64,000 bases of DNA, taken from positions 227,223 to 291,222 of the forward strand of contig JAAOMT010000435.1 of assembly GCA_016748015.1 (NCBI GenBank), given 5' to 3'. Made by a program: the position numbers and the translations under genes. This DNA is from Geosiphon pyriformis uo1. Lineage: Eukaryota > Fungi > Glomeromycota. Position 1 is the first letter of the stretch, and every line of letters starts with the position of its first letter. The notes beneath the pieces are model-generated. The model saw only the letters and a list, made by a program, of their open reading frames with translations, had not been told where the DNA came from and did not search any database. Shown here piece by piece: positions 36,787 through 51,000 of this stretch.

Positions 36787-39700
36787 TCAAGTTTTGTTTG
36801 GTTTTAAATTTGGTTAATTTATTTAACAAACATTTTTTAATCAAAGTTTTTATTTGAAACAACTTATAAGGCATTAAAAAAATTATTGATTATATTTTTA
36901 TAAGTAAAAACTTGTTATTTGTAATTATAAATCATAATATTAATTCTGTATCTAATTTTTTTTAATACTAACCATAAGACAGTTATAGTTTAATTAAATT
37001 GGAAGGTTTTCTAGACTTTTATTTAAATTATATTTACAAATAAACTAATAAAAATTGTTGAAAATTTAAGTTAAAAGATATAAATAAAGCCAAATAAATA
37101 TTTTTTAAAAAATGCTTTTCTATTAAGCTTTTAAAAGTATTGAACAAATTTAAATACAATATAAAAAATATTAAGAGAGATTGTAGTAAATTCAACTGAT
37201 AAAATGTTTTCTAAGCATTGGTTTAATAAGTTTAATTGTTTGAGAAACAAATAATTATCAAAGTTTTTTAGGTTAGAATTGCTAGTTTCTAAAGTTGTAA
37301 AGAAATTAATCTTAGATAATAGACCTAAATTTGATTGTTTTGTTAAAGCTTGATTAAATATTAATAATGCTGAAACTTTTAGAGTTAACAGCATAATTTA
37401 AAATAACATAAAATTAATGAATATTGTTAAGTATTTATTAATAATTAAAAAAAAGTATAGAAAGTCCAAGTATTATAAATTAAAAATAATTGAAAATATA
37501 TCTATTAAAAAACCAATAAAGAAGTATATAAAAAATTTCAGTTTAACAAAGAAAATATAATAAAAAGTATTTTAGAATAATTTTTTACAAGATGGTTTTA
37601 AATTACTTAATAGTTAAGAAAAATTTGGTTTTAGAACTGGATAACATAAAACTTGGTATTGATAAAATAATTAAAAATTAAACAAAAAAACAGATTGTAC
37701 TTTTAAAGTTGTTTAATCTTTGGACTTACTAATATGTATTTTTAAATTATATAAATAATAATGTTTTTTTGGTATAATAAAAAAAATTGGCATGAAAGAG
37801 TTAATTTTGGTAGTTAATAATCTGTCTAATGGCAAAGTTGTTAGTTTATTTGGCATTTCTAATAAACTTTGAAAATATTGTAGTAATATTGTAATAAGAT
37901 GTTTTCTAAATCTGTTGAATTCATGTTTAATTCTTAATAGTATTCCAATTCTCTAAAAAAAGATGTAAATTTCAATAATTTTTAAGTCTTATAAATAGAA
38001 TAATATTTTAATAAATATACAATTTATTGTAATAATTAAGACAGCTAAAAAAATTCGTTTCAAGATCTTTTTTGATCAGATTTTTTTTATATACAATAAG
38101 TTTAATGTTTTTTGTAATAATAATTTTTTAGTGTTAAAAAGTATCTTAATTTAATTTTTTGCATTTGTTATTAGATTAGTAATTAAAAATACTTTAAAAA
38201 AAAACAGAAAACTTTAATTGATCTTATAAAATATGCACAAAGCTTATAATTCAGTTAAGTAATATTATTTAAAAGCTAGTCTATAGTATATTAAGATATA
38301 TAACTAGTTTATTAAATTTTTTGGCAATATACATAAAAACAGAATTAACAAAATAATAATAAATTTTGTATTCTTAAATAGTTATAGAGTTTATAATAAA
38401 TTAGATTAAAATAAAGTTGTTGTTTTTTTAAAAAAAATTTCTTCTATATAAGGTCAAAAAACATGAATATTTGTGTAAATATTAAATTAATACTAAATTT
38501 ATAACCAAAATAAACAAAATAAAATATAGTAAAGAAAAGACATTATTTTTTACTATAAATGCTTTTGTTGATAATACAATTTAGGTTAAAAATAGTCAAA
38601 TTTTTATACAATATGCTTTAAATATTATTAGCAAATTTTTTATAATCAATAATATTTTAATTAATAATTAAAAAACAATAGTTATTCTTATTAACAAAGA
38701 TATTAAAACAGCTTCTTTAAAGATTAATAATTTATTAATCTCAATTGTTAAAAAAAGTGAATTACACAGATATTTGAAAATTTTTTTATTAAGAGTTTGT
38801 TTAAGTTAAATATAACTAAAACTTATTCTAATTATTTTTTTATTTAATATTAGTTGTTTTGTAGTTTATAAATAGTTATAAATTGCAGTTTAATTTTGTT
38901 TTATTAAGTATGTATTATAAATAAAATATTATAATTAGAAAAAATCTTAAGTCTAAGACCAATTTGTTATATGACTTTTTTAGTAAAACATTATATTTTT
39001 TTTATATAGTTTAAAGTTCTTTGAACAAATACAAGTTAAAAATAAATTGGCATCAGTAATTATTTTTTTTAATATTTTAAATATTTTTAAATATTTATTT
39101 AATCAGACTTTTAAATTTACAAATTCTGAGCTGGGCTCTATTGAATTCTTTGTAGTACTCTGCAAAGTTGCAAATTAGTCTTATTAACAATTTTTTGGTT
39201 GAAATAACAAAAATATTTTTGATTAATAGTGTATTTTTGAATAACAATTTGTTCAATGCATTTTTGTGATTCTAGTAAGTTTTCAATATTGAATATTTTA
39301 AAAATTTTTGTATTATGATTTAGTTTACTTTTTAAAGCAGTTTAAAATTATATTTAGTAACAAATTTTTGGACAAAAAAGATAATATAATAGATTAGAAA
39401 ATGTTTTATCAATTGAAAAAATTGGATTCTAAAAACTTTATATCTTTTTGGTTTAAATTGGCATCGAAGTTTTTATATAATAATAGCTTTTTAATAGTTG
39501 GTTCTATTTAAATTAACAGACTTTATGGCTTAAGTATTTTGATTTTTTTTGGTTTTTTAATGTTTATAAATGTTTGCATAAAATTTGGTTAAGTACTATT
39601 AAGATATACACAAATAAATTTTTAAAGAATATAAGTTTTATTGAGATTATTATTAAAATTATAATATATTTTTCAGCTGTAAATATAAATATTAATATTA

Positions 39701-42700
39701 GAATATACAGACTTCTGTTATCTACAATAGCTAAATTATAAACTATTGCTTTGTCTTTAAAGTGTGTTTTATTTTTTTGTATAGTAATTTTATATTTAGA
39801 TAGCCAAATTATTATTGATGCATATATTTTTAATGTTGAATTTACTGTACCAGATTTTTGTAATTACTGCTGAATAGAAAAATAATATATTGCTAATTTG
39901 ATAAAAGATAAGAGTTTTTTGGTTAAATAAATAAAAAGTAAATACCATTCAGAAATTTTAGATAACATTAAAGCAAACCAAATAGTAAAAAAAACTGTTT
40001 ATTTTCTTTTGTTTTTGTTAAATAAAATATATAAACAGTTTATTATGACTAAAAACACAGTTATTTCTGGTAATATTTATTATTTTATTCATAATTTGTA
40101 CAAATTTATCAGTTATGTTTAATAAAAACTGGTTTTAGTTATTATATAATATTAAATACATCAATTAGAAACATAAATTAACTGTTTATTATATAAATAT
40201 AATATTTTAATTTGCATATATTGTCTGAATTTACTAGCAAAAATCTGTTAATTTGCATATATATTTAATAAAAACTATACATAAATATTTGTCAATAATA
40301 GTTAAAAAGAAACTATATAATAAAAAATACTTAAATATATTGTATTTATTATGTAATAAGATAAAATTTTCAAATTATGTTTTTATTCTAAAAATATTAG
40401 TATTTATAGAGATACTAATAAAACTCTCTAATTTTTAGATTTTATTAATGAGTCTATATACTTTTTTTTTGTCTGTTATATTAAATACTCTGTTTAAGTA
40501 TACTTTGAATATAGATTTATATGCTATAATTTACCAAAAATTTGTGTTAAAAAATTAGTATATAAAAATTATAGCAGTTTTTGAGAACAAAAAAAAACCA
40601 TTAACAACTGTTATAATATATATAAAATAGCTAACAAAAAAGTATTATTTAATAATTTAAAAGCTAGATTATTAAATAACATAATTTTATTACTTAGTAT
40701 TATTAAGTTTTTTGCAATTAGTTTTAGTAAATATAAGCCATATTTATTTTTTTCTGGTTTAGATGATAATATCAAAATTACTATAAATATATAGTGTTGT
40801 TTTGTTTAATTTAAGTAACTGGTTATATGTAGTAAATAAATAAGTCATATTTAGTCTAAATTATTTAATTTGATTCTGTATACTAAATAACAGTTGAATT
40901 TTACTTATTAAATTAAATAAAAAATAATTTTAATAATAATTTAATTAATAACTTTTTCTATTATATTTACTAATATATTTACTTTGTGAATTAATTTAAA
41001 TTTATTTATCTTTTTTATTGTAATTTTTAATTTTTTTCTTGTTTTTATTAAAACTAATTAAGCTATTTTATTTAAAAACAGAAATATAACTTGTATTATT
41101 TTTTTTAATTTATTTTTATAGGTTTTTTTAGTTATTTTGAATATAACAATAATATTTATTATATATTTATATTAATTATTTTTCTTTTTATACTAATTTT
41201 TTTTTGCTAAATTAAATTTTAATATTAATTGTATTAATATTATTACTAAAATTTTTAATGCTATTTTTAAATTTATTTTTGTAAGAAAATAAAGTTTTAA
41301 AACTATTGATATCTGTTTAAAATATCTCAGATTGAATTTAATATTGGTATTATAAACTTTTTTAAATATAATTTTATTATTATTATTATTGAATTATTTT
41401 AATTTTTGTTTTTTTTATAAGTTTAAAAACACAATATATTGCTTAATATTAAAAATAAAATTTAAATTTTTATTGAATTTAAAAACTTTGTTTGAATTAA
41501 AATTAAAATTAAATTTAATTTCTATTTATTTTAGTTAATTAATTTATTAATATTAAAAATTGAATAAAAATTACATAATAGTAGATTGTAAATAAAATTG
41601 CACTTATTATAATATTTAAATTAACATAAAATAAAACAATATTTACAAAATTAGATGTTTAAATTAATAAGTTTTAATTATGAGTTTTTTTCAATTTAAT
41701 AAGCAATTATTTAATAACAATAATTCTGAAAATATTATATATAACTAATATTTTTATATGTTTATTAAAGCTTAATTGAAGTTTTTAAGTATTTTAGTTA
41801 AAAATAGTATTGGTTTAGATAATTAATTATTATTAACAAATACTTAGTACTGAGTTATTTTTATTACTAATACTTTAATAAACATAATAATATTATTAAC
41901 TTCAAAAAAAAGTTATTTATTTTGTTAATAAAAGTTTTAGCAATCTTATTAATAGTAATAATATATGTATTAACAGTATAATTAACTTAATAAATTAATT
42001 AGTTTATAAATTGTTTTATAAAATATTGTTTATTAAATTATTATTAAAAATTAGTTTAATAGAATAACTATTAATTTTGGCATTAGTGTATATAATTATA
42101 ATAAATTTATTAGTATTTAAAATAATTTTACTAAATAATAGCTTGTTTATTTTATTTTTTAGATTAAATAAAAAATAGCAAAAATATAATTTTTAGTAAT
42201 AATAACAAATAAAAGAATATTGGCAGTATTAAATTTTAAGTTGTTAACAATATTGTGATTTTTGAATATAGTAAAGAAATTTAAATAGTTTTAAAAATTA
42301 AAAAATAATGATTATATATTTTTCGAATTTTTGATGTAGTTTTTTTTACTATAAATTAATATTATTAAAGATTAGCTAATAAGTAATTATTACTAATTGT
42401 TAATTTTATTAAATAGTTTTTAGTTTCAAATTATTATTTAATACTTATATTAAGAATTATTATTGTAGTAATTGTTGTAATTATAATAATAATTTTTATA
42501 ACTGTATTTAATACATAATTTGTGGCTGTAACTAAGAATATAAATTGTTAAATTTGTGGTTAAAATACTAGAAAATAATATTAAAATAATTTGTATTATT
42601 TTTATAAAGTTTTAAATATATAGTTTAAAGTTAAAAACTAATAATTAAAATTCTAATATTAATTTATAATCTGTAGTTGACTTTAATATAGTTTTGTTTA

Positions 42701-45700
42701 TAATAATAGTTGTAAATTCAAGTTTTTTGTGCTTATTAAAAATTCGATAATAATAATTATAACTAATTTTAGAAATAATAATTGTTTTAATTGTTTTATA
42801 ATATTAGAAAAGTTAATATATTGCTTAATTATTAACTAAATTTTCTGATTAATAGATTTATTAAATTGTTTTAATTTGGTATTTAATTTAGATAAAATAT
42901 TTATTACTAGAATTATAACTTGGATATAATTAGCTTCTGACTTAATTAATTCAAAAATTTTTATTAATATAATTGCTATTTAAAAATTAATTAAATATAA
43001 TAAATATATTTATTGTAAAAAACTGTTTTGCAGTTTTTTTATAAATTGATTCAAAATTTGTGATATAGTAAATAATTGGCATTAATAATCTGAATTTAAT
43101 ACAAGTTTTGATAAAAACATTTAAAATATATAGTAACTGTTTTATTTTTTTCTTGTTTATAGTAATAAAATAGATTTAAAGCCAGTTAATATTATTATTA
43201 TTACTAAAATACCATAAAAAAATGGTTTTAAATTATAAAATACTACTATAAAAAGTTGTATAAAAAAAGTTTCTTTTTTCGAAAAAATATATTTTATTAT
43301 CAATTAATATCTTTCTTAGAATCTCAATTCAGAATAATCAATTAGTTACTACAAATTAACTTAAAAAATTTTTTTTTAAAAACCAAACTGTTTTTATAAT
43401 TTTTACTGTTTAAAAATTTACAATTATAACTAATATTTAAAATTGATTAGCTATCAATTTTAGTAATTACTTAGTTAATTTAAACTTAAATTGAAAATAA
43501 TTATTTTTTTATTTAGATTTTTTTTCTTTATTTCTTATATTATTGAATAGCTTATAGTCAAAATTTTTTGTAGAAAAGTTAACTTTTATAACAAAGTAAT
43601 TACACATTATTGACGAGCTTACAGATGAAAAATTCTTGTAGAAGAGTTGACTTTTTCTGCAAAGTAACTATATAAATAATTAGTATAGAATTGGTTATTT
43701 TATTATAAATTCAATAACATACATAGTCAAAAGTATAAAAAAATATTTTGGAAGATAAATTAGCTTTTTAAAAATTTATTAGCTTCTATTAACAATAGAA
43801 TTAACAAAAAAACAGCATTAATAGCATTAAAAAAAAGATAAAATTTTTTTGATAATATTGTTTAGCCAAAGCTAAATATTATTTTTTTTACTAAATAATT
43901 TTTTAATTTTAATAATTAATACTATTAATAATAGATATATTAATACACTTGAGTTTTGAATTATTAAGTTTATTGAATTTTAAATAATTATTTTTAGAGT
44001 TTTAATTGCAATAAATCTTAGAATTGGGTTTTTTTGTTGTTTTTTGATTTTTTTTCTATTTAAATTTTTTTTAGTTGCTAATAAAATTAAAATTAGATTA
44101 AAAAAGTAGTAATTATAATACTAAGAATATAAATAATTATAATTAAAATTTTTTAAAATACTTTTTATATTTTCTAAGTAAATTGTTATTTTTAGTATTG
44201 TTTTAGAATAGTAACTTAATATTTTTTGTTTTTGCTATAAATAATAATTTGATTTTATTAAAAATCTAAATTGTATTTTTTAAAATATGATAGTATGACT
44301 ATTTTCTTAAAAGTTATTATTATAATTTGTAATAATTTTTTATTATTTATAGTTAGTAAAAAAATTTTTAAAAAATTTTTTAAATAGATTTTTATTAACA
44401 TATTTGCAAGATTATATAATTAATAATAACTAATGGGTTGTTTAAATTCTTTGTAAAAATTTGTTTTTGTGAATTTAAAATTGACTTTTTTTTAAAATTG
44501 TATCTTATTTTTTTGTTTACATAAAATTGAATACTACTTTTATTAAAAACTTTTGGTTGATTGTTAATCTTTGATTTTTTATAAATAATTTTATTAAGAT
44601 AAATAATAATTATATATTTAGATAATAAATAATTTGTAAATAATTTTATTAAAAAAAAATTGTTTCAAATATTAAATTTCCAACTGTTAAAATTACTTGG
44701 TAAAAATTTAATAAAAAAATTGTTTTTTTTTGTTTTTAATATTACTACTATATATACATAAATTTTTATAATACAAAATTTTTGGAATTTTTGGTAATTA
44801 TTATATTTTTTTAAGTTATTGCTAAAATTTTTGATATTTCTGAAATTTTTTTTGGTATTTTTAGAATTTTTAATATTTCTAAAATCTTTAAAATTTTACT
44901 TAATATTTTTAAAATTTTTGTTATTATGTTATTTAATATTTTTTAATATGTAATTGGCTAATTTACATTATATTTAATTTTTAATTGTTTTTTATACTAC
45001 TTTATAAGTAATTATATATAACTAAACATAAATTTAATTATGATTAAATTATATTGAATTTATTAAAACAAATTTATTTAATACAGTTAATTTATATATA
45101 ATTACAATTAAACTCTTTTTATTAAAAACTAAATCAATTAATTATATAGTATTATTTATTAAATATTTAAAGCTTTTAAAAAATTATTATTTCAATAAAA
45201 ATATTTTTATTAACATAAAAATTTAAATTTGTATTAAATACATTATTATCAAATAAATTATTTATTTATTATTTTTTAAAATTACAAATAAAAAAGCCAA
45301 AAAGTAGTAATTTTTATAATAAATTGTATTAGTAATATAAAATTCAAAAATAAATATTATAATAACAAATACAAAAATATAAATAAATATTAAAAAAGAT
45401 TTTGCAATTATAAAAATAGCAAAAAAAAAAAATCAAACAAGTAAAACTTAAATAATAATATTTAAAAAAGCTTAAAACTGTTCTTAAAAACTGATTTTAT
45501 ATTAATAATATTATATATAGACTAAAAAACAGTTTTAATATAAAAAAATTTAATATAAAACAACTTAATCTAAAAAAAACATTAAATACAAAAATAAAAA
45601 CATCTTATTTAGAAAACTTTAAATAAAGTTTATTAATATTATAAAAAAATTAATAAGTACTTTAAAAGAAAAAAAATATATATTTTTTTATTTAATAAAT

Positions 45701-45724
45701 TTACATTTATTATTAAAAAAATAT

Positions 45725-48000
45725 AAAAAAAAACTTCTTGTCTTCTTAATTTTATAACCATAACCAAAATAAAGAGTAAAAAAGCTGCACTTAATATTTT
45801 TTTGAAATATTTAATAAAATTTCAATCAGAGAATTTCATTTTATTGTGGAAACAATTAAGCAGAATGTTTTAAAAGTCTTTTTTTTATTTAATAATTATA
45901 AAAAGCTGTCTTTGATAATTATTATAGCATTTTTTTTATTTTTGACTGGTTTTTTATCAGTCAAAATTTTTTTAAAGAGACATGCTTAAATTAGTTTTAG
46001 TGTTGTTTCTACTCCTTTAAAAAGCCCAAAAATTTTCATTAATAGAGTAGTTAACAAACTGGTCTTTTTTTTTTATAGCTTCTATATTAGATATTGCTAA
46101 TATTTTTTCTTCGAAAAAATGATTAAAAAGACCAAAAGTTCAGAAAAGTAGAGACAGTTGTTTACTTTTATTATTATTATACAGAACTTATTTGTGATTC
46201 TTAATAAGATTTTAATAAAATTTCTGTTGTATTATCTAGTATATTGTTTAAAATTGGCCAAGATTAATTACTGGCTATATTGTCAAATATAGTGTTTTTT
46301 AACAGATTTTTACCAGTTTTAAAAGCAAAACAAAAGTCTTTTATTGAGTCACCTGTTTTTAAAAACTGGGCTGATCAAATGAAAACTAAATAATCTTCTT
46401 TGGTTTTTGATGTTGTTACTAATAGTGCTTAAAAAACCATTACTAGTTGTTAAAAATTTGCTAAGTAAATGGCCTTTACTTTAGTGTTTAATATAACTTT
46501 TAAAATCAAATTGGCTCATATTAAAACTGTTTTTCAGTTTGTGCATGGTTTTTTAAATGTAAAGTCTGTTTTTAAAGACAATATAAAGCTTTTTTGTATG
46601 AATTTTGCTTTCTAAAGTTTCCTAGATACTGTATTTCTGGTTAAACTTATAAGCCCTATTTATCTTACTACTCTTAAAATTGCTAAGTTTTTGGTAGTTT
46701 TTGAGTCTGGTTTTTTTTACTGCTATTATACTATATAATATGCTATTATATATGTCTGCTGCTAATATTAAAACAGCTTTTTGTATTTTTGGTGAAATTT
46801 TTTGTGTTGTATTCAAGCCTATTGGTGTTTAGCAATATATAGTTGTTTATTTTAAGGAATTAAGTATTGTTGTATCTGCTTTTAATTACTGATTAGTTTT
46901 AGAGAATAAGAATAGTATTAGAATTTTTTTTTTGGTAAATTAAAATATAATTATTATATTTTATAATAGGTTTAAAGCCAAGTTGGTCAACTTTTTTTTT
47001 ACTTATATTGTCTTTAAAATCAGTGATATGATTTTTTAGATTAGTAATCAGATATGTTTTATTTCTTGCTTTCTTGATTTTGATTGTCATTCCTGGTTTG
47101 CTTTGGTTATATTCGAATCTTAAATTAATTTAGATATTGCTGTTATTAAAACTAATACACTAAAAAAATATTGTATTTAGTAAGAAACTTCTGGTTGTCA
47201 ATGCTGTTTTAAATGTCAAAAAATAAATTATTTGGTTGTAAACTATAAGATTTTTTTATCTTTTTTTCTTAAAACTTCTAAGGTTTTTGTTTTACATTTT
47301 GTGAATACAAAGTTTTATGTTAAAATGTCTGCTTTTTTGGACTTTTCTGAATTTTTTTTATTAGTAATCTTTACTTTTTTTTCTGAAATTAAAAATAATT
47401 CTTTGATTTTGTTTTGGCTGGTATTTTTGAAATCTAATTTGACCAGATTGTTAACTATAGTTGGATCTATTGTTAAGTCTGTTAATATATTAGTAACTAT
47501 TTTTAAACAATTTTTTAAGAGTAATTTTGTGTTAAATAACAAGCTTGAAAACAAAATTAATAAGCTTATAATATATTTAAGTGTTTTCAGCAAATCTGTT
47601 GATAAGTTAGAAAGAAAAGTAATGATATTAAAGACAAAGCATAGTATAGAAAATATTGATATGTCTGATAATTCTGAAGTTCTAGTTAGAATAAATAATA
47701 ATATGTTTAGTAAAATAATAACATTCTGGAAATTTAAATCTCTTGAAATTAGGTTTAATCCTATAAAAACAACTGAGTAGCTTGTTAGATTAGTTTTTAA
47801 TAGTTTTATTTTGTTTGATATAGTTCAAAAGATATTTACTTTAAACAAGTTTTCTTGTAAGTTATTAGCATAATGTAGTCTAAACTGGCTTAAATAGCTG
47901 ATTACATGTAAAAAATGTATAAATTGCACTTAGTTTAAAATATTTAGTTTGTTTTAAAGAGCTAGGTAATAGTTGGGCCATATTCGTTAAATTTCAATAA
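45725..48000 (+). mobile_element. ORF1-only half-LINE copy 2 (more decayed, divergent C-terminus)
   Basis: Colinear with copy 1 from cttcttgtcttcttaatttt through CFKCQKINYLVVNY (decayed CCHC); ORF ends 47873; 3' UTR + A tail at ~47999; candidate TSD aaaaaaatat (45715-45724, 48001-48010). Confidence 0.88.
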
Positions 48001-48010
48001 AAAAAAATAT

Positions 48011-51000
48011 CAAAATTAATTATATCAATATTTTGTATATAAATTATATTACTAAGAATTTTATTTATTATTTTCTTTAAAATTTTTAGATATATTATTA
48101 TTAATTTTGTTTTTAAATTGTTATTACTATTAAATTATTTTTAAAAACACTATTTAATAATAATATTTAATTACAAAATTTATAATTTAGTAAAGTTTTT
48201 ATTTTTTTTATAATTATTAGAAAATAATTATATTATTTAATTTTTAATTTTAAATATTTTATATCTGTTTTAATATATACTTTTTAATTCTTACAAAATG
48301 ACTTCTATATTTTTGCTATTATATATATTAATTATTAATTATATTAAATATTTATTTGTCTTTATTTTAATTGTTCTTTAAAAGTGCTAGATTATAATAT
48401 TAATAAATATTTATTTTTATTAATAAACACTGCTTAATAAAAATGTTTATTGATTTTTAATAATTTTTTTTAAAATTGAGAATATCTTATAAATTGGTCA
48501 AATATAATATAAGCTAAGTTTTTATACTATTAAATAAAAATCAAATTTCTAAATAATTTTTAGTGATTTTAATTATAACAGATTCTAAATATTTTCAAAA
48601 AGTTTTTATGAATTTAATTAAGTTTTGGATTAAGTAATTAATTATTATTTTAGAAATTTAAAATAAATATTGAATATTTATTAAAAATTTATAAAAAATA
48701 GTAAACAATTTTATATTAATAACAAATTAAAAAATCTTAATTTTGAAAATTTTAATTATATTGTAATTATTGTTATTAATTAAAACTCAGTTAATATGAG
48801 ATTACAAAAGTTGTATCAAGTTTGTTGTTAATTTATCTATTAATTGTTTATTTGAATTTTGTATTTGATTTATAAAATAATAATAGTTATTTGTAAAATA
48901 AAAATAAATACAAAAACAACTACTAAAGAAAAAAGAATATATTTAAAATGTATTTTTTGAGTATTTTTAATTTATAAGCCGAATTAACTGTTATATTCAA
49001 AGTTGAATTATTTATTAAAGCCAAAAGAGACTATAAAATATACAGCAAATTAATTTTTAATCTTTTTATAAAAAAAAATTTTCTGTTTTCTGTTTAATTT
49101 TATCTTAAGTTTATATATTTGATTAATTTTTGAATTGTCTTAGTATATTTAATTATTATTATTTTTGGGTTTTGAATTTATTGCTCTAATTTTTATTTTT
49201 ATTTCAAAATTAAAATAGAAGTTTTAAACTTCTTTTAAATTAAGTTGTAAAAATTGTGTTATTATGATTTATATTTTTATAAAACTATTAAATAATTTGT
49301 TTAATAGTATTAGTATTTATTTTATTGTAAATTATAGCAAAAATTTTTGAGGATGCTTTTTAACTATTTGAAACTTATAATTATTATTTAATTGATTAAT
49401 TGTAGCTACTATTTTCAAAATTTTTTAATTATTTAATTAAATATTATGCATCTTTTTTAAACAAAAATAGAATAATTATATTTTATTAACAAAAAACAGT
49501 TAAAATTCTATAAAAACCTAATAAAATATTATTGTTTACAAAAATATTTGCATAAGCCATTGGATTAAAAATTGAAAAATTGAATAAAAAATTTGAATTA
49601 ATTAAAAGAAGCTTAAAAATTAAGATGGTTTAATAGCTTTTTTATTTTTTAGGTTCTAAAAAAAATTTTAACTAGCTAATAAACTGTAAATTTAATAATT
49701 TTAAATTTTAAACTAATTAATTTGTCTTTAAATTTATTTTAAAATAATAAATAAAAAACTAATTCTAAAAATCTTGAAACTGTTAACTAGATTGAAATTT
49801 AATTAGAAAACAAATTAAACAAATTAAAAAGAAGATAAAATTTAATTTAATCAATTATTTTAATTATAAACAGTAAAATAATTTTTAGTTTTTTGTAACA
49901 AAAAAAGTAATTGCTTATATTATCGTAGATAAATTAAAATTTTAACAACCTTATAAAAAGTTTATTTTTATATTACATATTTAAATAATATATTAATAAA
50001 TAATAAAAAGAACAGTTATTATATGTTAAAAAAACAATTAAAAAAATTTAATGAAAGAAGTATATTAAATAGTAAAAAAGAAAACTATTGTATTGATTTT
50101 ACTAAAAATTATTGTTTAAAACTTAATTTGTGTGAGATTTTTTACAGCTTTAGAAAATATTACTTATATACTCTTAAAAAATTAATCAAATTATTGATCA
50201 AAATTAATAATTTATTTAATGATTAAGTTAATAAACAAATTAAGTATTAATTTTAAAAATAAGATAATTAATATAAATAATATTAGTAACTAATACATGT
50301 AATTAAATATAATTAGATATTTAATAAAACTAAAAATTAAAATATTAAATATAATATTATAATAGTATAATTAAAAAAGCTATATGTTAAAACATAATTT
50401 GTTTGGCTTTTAAAATTAACAATAATTAACCAAATTTATTTGTATTAAACAATATAATTAAATATTAAAAAAGATTTAGCAAATATGTTATTGCTATTGT
50501 TATCTAAAACCAAAGAAAGCTATTGTTTACAACCAAATTAAAATTAAGCATTATTATTAATATTTAGAAAAAAAGCAACATTATAATATTAAAAATTTTA
50601 AGAAATTTTAAAAATAATTTTTTGGTATTTAAAAAAAACTGGTTTTAGCGTTTTTTAAAAAAAGAAAAAAGATGTTTTTTAATTATAAGAAGAGTTGTTT
50701 AAGAAAAGAGTAGTTTAACTACTAATTTATAGTTACATTAAATTTATTCTTAAAAAACTATTTTGAAAAAACTTTCAATAAAGACAAAAAAAGCAGTTAA
50801 AAATTGCTTAGTTTTTTTATTGTTTAAAAAAAAATCACTTTTTAAAGCATTATTTAACTATTTATATAGTTGAAAAATTTTTATATTTTTAAATTCTATT
50901 AATCAAAGTATCAAGTTTGGCAAAAAATGATAGCAAAAATATTTTTAAAATTAATACAAATAATTAAAAAAAGTATTTATTACAAGTATTTCAAAATATT

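Larger units (their letters stand above)
31971..40924 (+). mobile_element. LINE copy 3, full length, heavily decayed, inserted in Gypsy-2; interrupted by half-LINE 1
   Basis: ORF1 to ~33966; ORF2 33963-40794 colinear with LINE-1/2 (AFVDNTI at ~38560, RNase H ~39600-39980, ends FFSGLDDNIKITINI*); 3' UTR + short A-tail ~40918; Gypsy-2 pol resumes on either side. Confidence 0.88.
26088..45012 (-). mobile_element. Ty3/Gypsy element 'Gypsy-2', extremely decayed; hosts the pogo element and LINE-3
   Basis: 3' LTR remnant 26088-26179 + PPT; IN ~26930-27437 and 30001-30450; RNH/RT ~30480-31560; dUTPase resumes at ~40925 (matches 4141-4600); PR ~41800-42100; gag 42600-44700; 5' LTR remnant ~44720-45012 ending ataagtaat, matching 26088-26179. 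Confidence 0.8.
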
